Assembly: GCF_046119375.1 (NCBI RefSeq)
Contig: NW_027362767.1
Span: forward strand, 165,044,001 to 165,108,000
From: Phyllobates terribilis
Taxonomy: Eukaryota
Direction: 5' to 3'
DNA length: 64,000 nucleotides
The translations under genes and the position numbers were made by a program. Below the pieces are notes generated by a model. The model was given only the letters and a program-made list of their open reading frames with translations, searched no databases and was not told the DNA's origin. Of the stretch, positions 59,898-64,000 are shown in pieces; the stretch's first letter is position 1, and each line of letters starts with the position of its first letter.

Positions 59898-60929
59898 ATG
59901 CCCCCCAACCCTCCACAGTGATGTCTATGACCCCAGCCCGGCTTAGAGATATCTATGCCCACCAGCCCTCCCAGTGATGTCTGTAGTCCCATACCTTCCC
60001 AGTGATGTCTAGACTAGAGATGAGCGTTGTTCTACTCGAACTGTTCGCCAATCTCAAATTCGAGCTGTTTTGGGCGGTGTTCGAGCCGGTCGGCGAACAC
60101 AAACAATTTGAGAAAAATTCGGCTGTTCGAGGTTATGTTCGATAACTGTTCGTGCACCAAAATCATAACTGGATTTTTTCTCAGTAATGATGAAAATTAA
60201 TGTTAATACGCAGTTTGAGTGTACAGCGGGGCGGGGGGAGGGGCAGGGGATGGATCTCTGCAGGAACAATGAAGATCTCCATTTTTTTTTCTCTTTCCCG
60301 CATTTGCAGTGGGGAGGTGCAATCTGTCAGCCTATCAGCAGCGCACACACGGAGCGAAGTGCTTTTTTTCACACAAGCAAGGGCATGTCTGATTGGCAGT
60401 GTATGTCACATGTCCTTGTCCTATAAGACCAAGCCATTTTCCCCGTCGCCACCATTTTCTCACTGCTGCAGCTGCGTGTTAGACGGCACCGCTGTTGCTG
60501 TGTGCGCTATACCTTGTTAATTTCAAGCCAATTTTTGCACAAATATACAGATAGCTTGGGAGTAGGGAATAGTTGTGATTGCAGTCCTTTTAAGGACTAG
60601 GTTACAGCATTTCCTACGACTTTTATCAAGCAGGTCTGTGCTCTTAAATAGATAGATTGTGGGAGTAAAGACTAATTGTAATTGGAGTCCTTTTCAGGAC
60701 TAGGATACATCAGTTCCTATCAGTTTTTGCCAGGCAGGTCTGTACCAGTGCTGTGCAAGTTTTTTTCACAGCATTTGGCTGAATCTAGCAAAGCTAATCC
60801 TTTTTGGCCTATTGCAGAGTGTGTTAGTCAGTGGAGTAGCCTATCTGTGTTGCAAGATATACCACCTGTGTATAGAATACCAATTTTTTTACTGCACCTA
60901 GTGAAGTAAAATCTTTTGGGCTTAGCATC

Positions 60930-61660
60930 ATTCTATTAGTCCATCTATACTGACCTCCATCAGGTTGCAAATTAAAAATAATTTTTTTCTGCATCTAGCT
61001 CTGAAAAAATATTTGGGCTTCTAGCAGTGTGTGGGACTTGGTCTATTAGTCCATCTATACTGACCTCCATCAGGTTGCAAATTAAAAATAATTTTTTTCT
61101 TCATTTATCTCTGAAAAAATATATGGGCTTCTAGCAGCGTGTGGGACTTGTTCTATTAGTCCATCTATACTGACCTCCATCAGGTTGCAAATTAAAAATA
61201 ATTTTTTTCTGCATCTAGCTCTGAAAAAATATTTGGGCTTCTAGCTGTGTGTGGGACTTGTTCTATTAGTCCTTCTATACTGACCTCCAGCAGGTTGCAA
61301 ATTGAATATAATTTTTTTCTGCATCTAGCTCTGAAAAAATATTTGGGCTTCTAGCGGTGTGTGGGACTTGGTCTTTTAGTCCATCTATACTGACCTCCAT
61401 CAGGTTGCAAATTAAAAATAATTTTTTTCTGCATCTAGCTCTGAAAAAATATTTGGGCTTCTAGCAGTGTGTGGGACTTGGTCTATTAGTCCATCTATAC
61501 TGACCTCCATCAGGTTGCAAATTGAATAAAAAAAATTTCTGCATCTAGCTCTGAAAAAATATTTGGGCTTCTAGCGGTGTGTGGGACATGGTCTATTAGT
61601 CCATCTATACTGACCTCCATCAGGTTGCAAATTAAAAATAATTTTTTTCTGCATCTAACC
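60930..61660 (+). repeat. 110-bp family-A satellite (7 monomers)
   Basis: CTGACCTCCA occurs at 60950, 61060, 61170, 61280, 61390, 61500 and 61610. Confidence 0.95.
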
Positions 61661-61773
61661 CAGCCAATAGTTTTGGCCTAATACCACAGTTTGGCCACTC
61701 AGCTCTGCTCGGTTACCATCCATTGTTTTTTTGTGCAAACAACTCCAGAGTTGTGAATTAGTTAACCACCAAA

Positions 61774-64000
61774 ATGAGTGGAAAAAGGCCTGCTGCTGGT
61801 GGAAAGGGGAATAGGCGTGTTGGGAAGGGGAAAAAAGGTTGTGTCAAACTAAAATGTCTACTTCTTTTAGCGGACAATGTGATAAGATCCCTTTCTTACG
61901 GCCACGCCAATCGCTACAAATTCCAGATGAGGCACAAAAACAGCAGGTGCTTCAACGGATATCAAGTGCTCCTTTAAGTGGGCTCTCCTCCACATCAACT
62001 TCAACATCACAAATACTCCAGTCCTCAAAGGTGTCACCCAAATCGCACTTGCTTCCTCACAGCTCCCAAATCTCCAGCTGCCCGTCTGAGTATGAGGTAG
62101 AACAGATGGTTGAGTCTGCAGAGCTGTTTACTCATACTATAGCCTGGGAATCAGAGGTCGACTCCAGCGCTTCTGTGAATCCAGACGAGGAAATGATCTG
62201 CACTGATGCCCAGAATCTTTATGAGTCGGATCCAGGACCAGACGCAGAAGGTTCTGACCATAATGTAGACCCTCATTCCCAAACTGTAACTCCTGTTGGT
62301 GGAGACAATGAGGAAGACGATGATAAGACTCAAATACCTGATTGGAGCGACAACTTTAGTTTTTTGTCAGGGCAGGAACAGGTTGGCTCTGAGGACGACG
62401 GGTGTGATAACGCACAGGGTGATGATGATGAGGTCGGAGATCCCACTTACTGTCAACCCACAGTCAGCCAAGAGATGAGGTCAGCAGAGGAGGTGGAGGA
62501 AGATGCTAGTGACGACGAGGTCAGGTTGCGCCGTCCTGGACAGAGACGTAGTACTGGAAGCACGTCAACAACTGCATCCTCAAACACAACTCTGCCTCTC
62601 ACCACAAGTCGTGGTGGCTCTTCAGGTCGCATGGGTGCTAAGCCTTGCATAGCCTGGGCATTTTTTCAGATCGATAAAGATGACCCAACTCGTGTTATCT
62701 GTAACATTTGTCAGCAAAAGCTAAGTAGAGGCCAAAAAATACATAGTTTGAGTACTTCATGCATGAACCGGCACATGGACATGAAGCATAAGTTGCAGTG
62801 GGAAGCTCAGTGTGCTACAATGCGGTCTAGCCGGCCGGGCCAACCACCGTCTGCCATATCTTGTGCATCCGCGGCCTCTTCATCCTCTGTGACTGGGGTG
62901 ACAGCAGTCACACCTGTTTTGGGGCGCAGACCTGCCACCTCTTTACCCGCAACAGCCAGCGTGATTGGCAGGTCATCATTTTCTTTGGAGGTGGTAACAC
63001 CATCTGGTCTTGAGCGCTGTCCGACATCGATAGCACCACCTTTGGATCAAGGCAACCTAACATGTCCGCCTGCATCTTCCTCACAGACCGGCAGTTTGCC
63101 GGGGACACCCTTATCAACCCCGTCTAAGCACAATAGCCAACCGTCGGTCCCTCAGATGTGGACAAGTAAAAGACCATTTCCTCCTAGCCATGAGAAAGCT
63201 AAGAGGTTGAATTTCACCATCTGCAAGCTCTTGGCTACAGAAATGCTGCCTTTCCGCCTGGTGGACACAGAGGATTTTCGAGACCTTATGTCCGTCGCAG
63301 TGCCCCAGTACCAGATGCCCAGTCGGCACTACTTCTCAAAGAAAGGTGTGCCTGCGCTCCACCAGCATGTCACACACAACATCACCGCTTCTTTGAGAAA
63401 CTCTGTGTGTGACAGGGTGCATTTCACCACAGGCACTTGGACGAGTAGGCATGGACAGGGGCGTTACATGTCGCTGACTGGGCACTGGGTAACTATGGTG
63501 ACAGCAGGACAAGGGGCTGCTGTCCAAGTCTTGCCGTCCCCACGAGTTGTGCGTCAATCCTCTTTATGTCAAAGTTCCTCCACTGCTTCTGCCTCCTCAT
63601 CCTCCTCTCGGTCTTCCACCTGCACCCAAAGCCTGTCTGGTCATGCCACAAGCTTTCTAACTGCGCAGAAGGGATCCTGCACACCTCCTTACTATGCTGG
63701 CAGTAGGGCTCAACGTCATCAGGCGGTTTTTACATTGAAATGTCTGGGAAATGTGAGTCACACAGCTGAGGAGTTGTGGTCAGCTCTGGAGAACCAATTT
63801 CATGAATGGTTGTCTCCACTGGACCTGAAACCAGGGAAGGCCGTGTGCGACAATGCTGCAAACCTGGGTGCGGCCCTTCGCCGGGGCAATGTCACACACG
63901 TGCCTTGTATGGCTCACGTGTTGAACCTGGTTGTCCAGCAATTTTTAGCCCACTATCCCAGACTAGATGGCCTTCTGCAGAGGGCACGGTCGCTGTGTGC
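61774..64000 (+). CDS. hAT transposase A2: a 58-bp deletion frameshifts the first ATG; frame apparently open from ATG 61854 (Met47 equivalent) to the window end
   Basis: The offset to A1 is 57402 at the ATG and 57344 from there to the window end. The same BED, TW and CDN/CMAH motifs are present, but the first catalytic Asp codon reads GGC (TTGTW) at ~63432. Confidence 0.75.

Larger units (their letters stand above)
57170..60010 (+). repeat. ~27-28-bp C-rich minisatellite (CCCCAGCCCTCCCAGTGATGTNTATG), interrupted by a solo LTR and a Tc1 fragment and ending at hAT A2
   Basis: Blocks at 57170-57550, 58526-59460 and 59898-60010. Confidence 0.9.
60015..64000 (+). mobile_element. hAT transposon copy A2 (left TIR, subterminal region, satellite, transposase; continues beyond the window)
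   Basis: GTCTAGAC|TAGAGATGAGCG at 60015. From ~61630 the sequence is nearly identical to 4230-6656. Confidence 0.92.

Overview
Eukaryotic, repeat-dominated DNA, most likely from an anuran (frog) genome. This is an inference from a class II olfactory receptor, a CR1 LINE with an (ATTCTATG)n tail, DD34E Tc1 elements and a Penelope-like ORF. The only host gene I can support is one intact single-exon-CDS olfactory receptor (52238-53185, +). Bases 1-48358 resolve into one Russian-doll nest of large hAT DNA transposons (BED finger + DDE transposase, TAG(A/T)G(A/T)TGAG TIRs, 8-bp NTNNNNAN target sites). The nest also holds Tc1, CR1, L1, Penelope-like and LTR insertions and an 18S rRNA fragment. A second, near-identical young hAT copy starts at 60015. 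The most unusual structure is a 5.9-kb non-autonomous hAT (40405-46317, perfect TSD). It is an almost spacer-free ~5.4-kb palindrome whose arms are themselves palindromic at several scales, and it shares both termini with the young transposase-bearing family in the window. Coordinates were read by eye; TIR/TSD junctions are base-level, while ends of decayed elements are approximate. No database searches were run.
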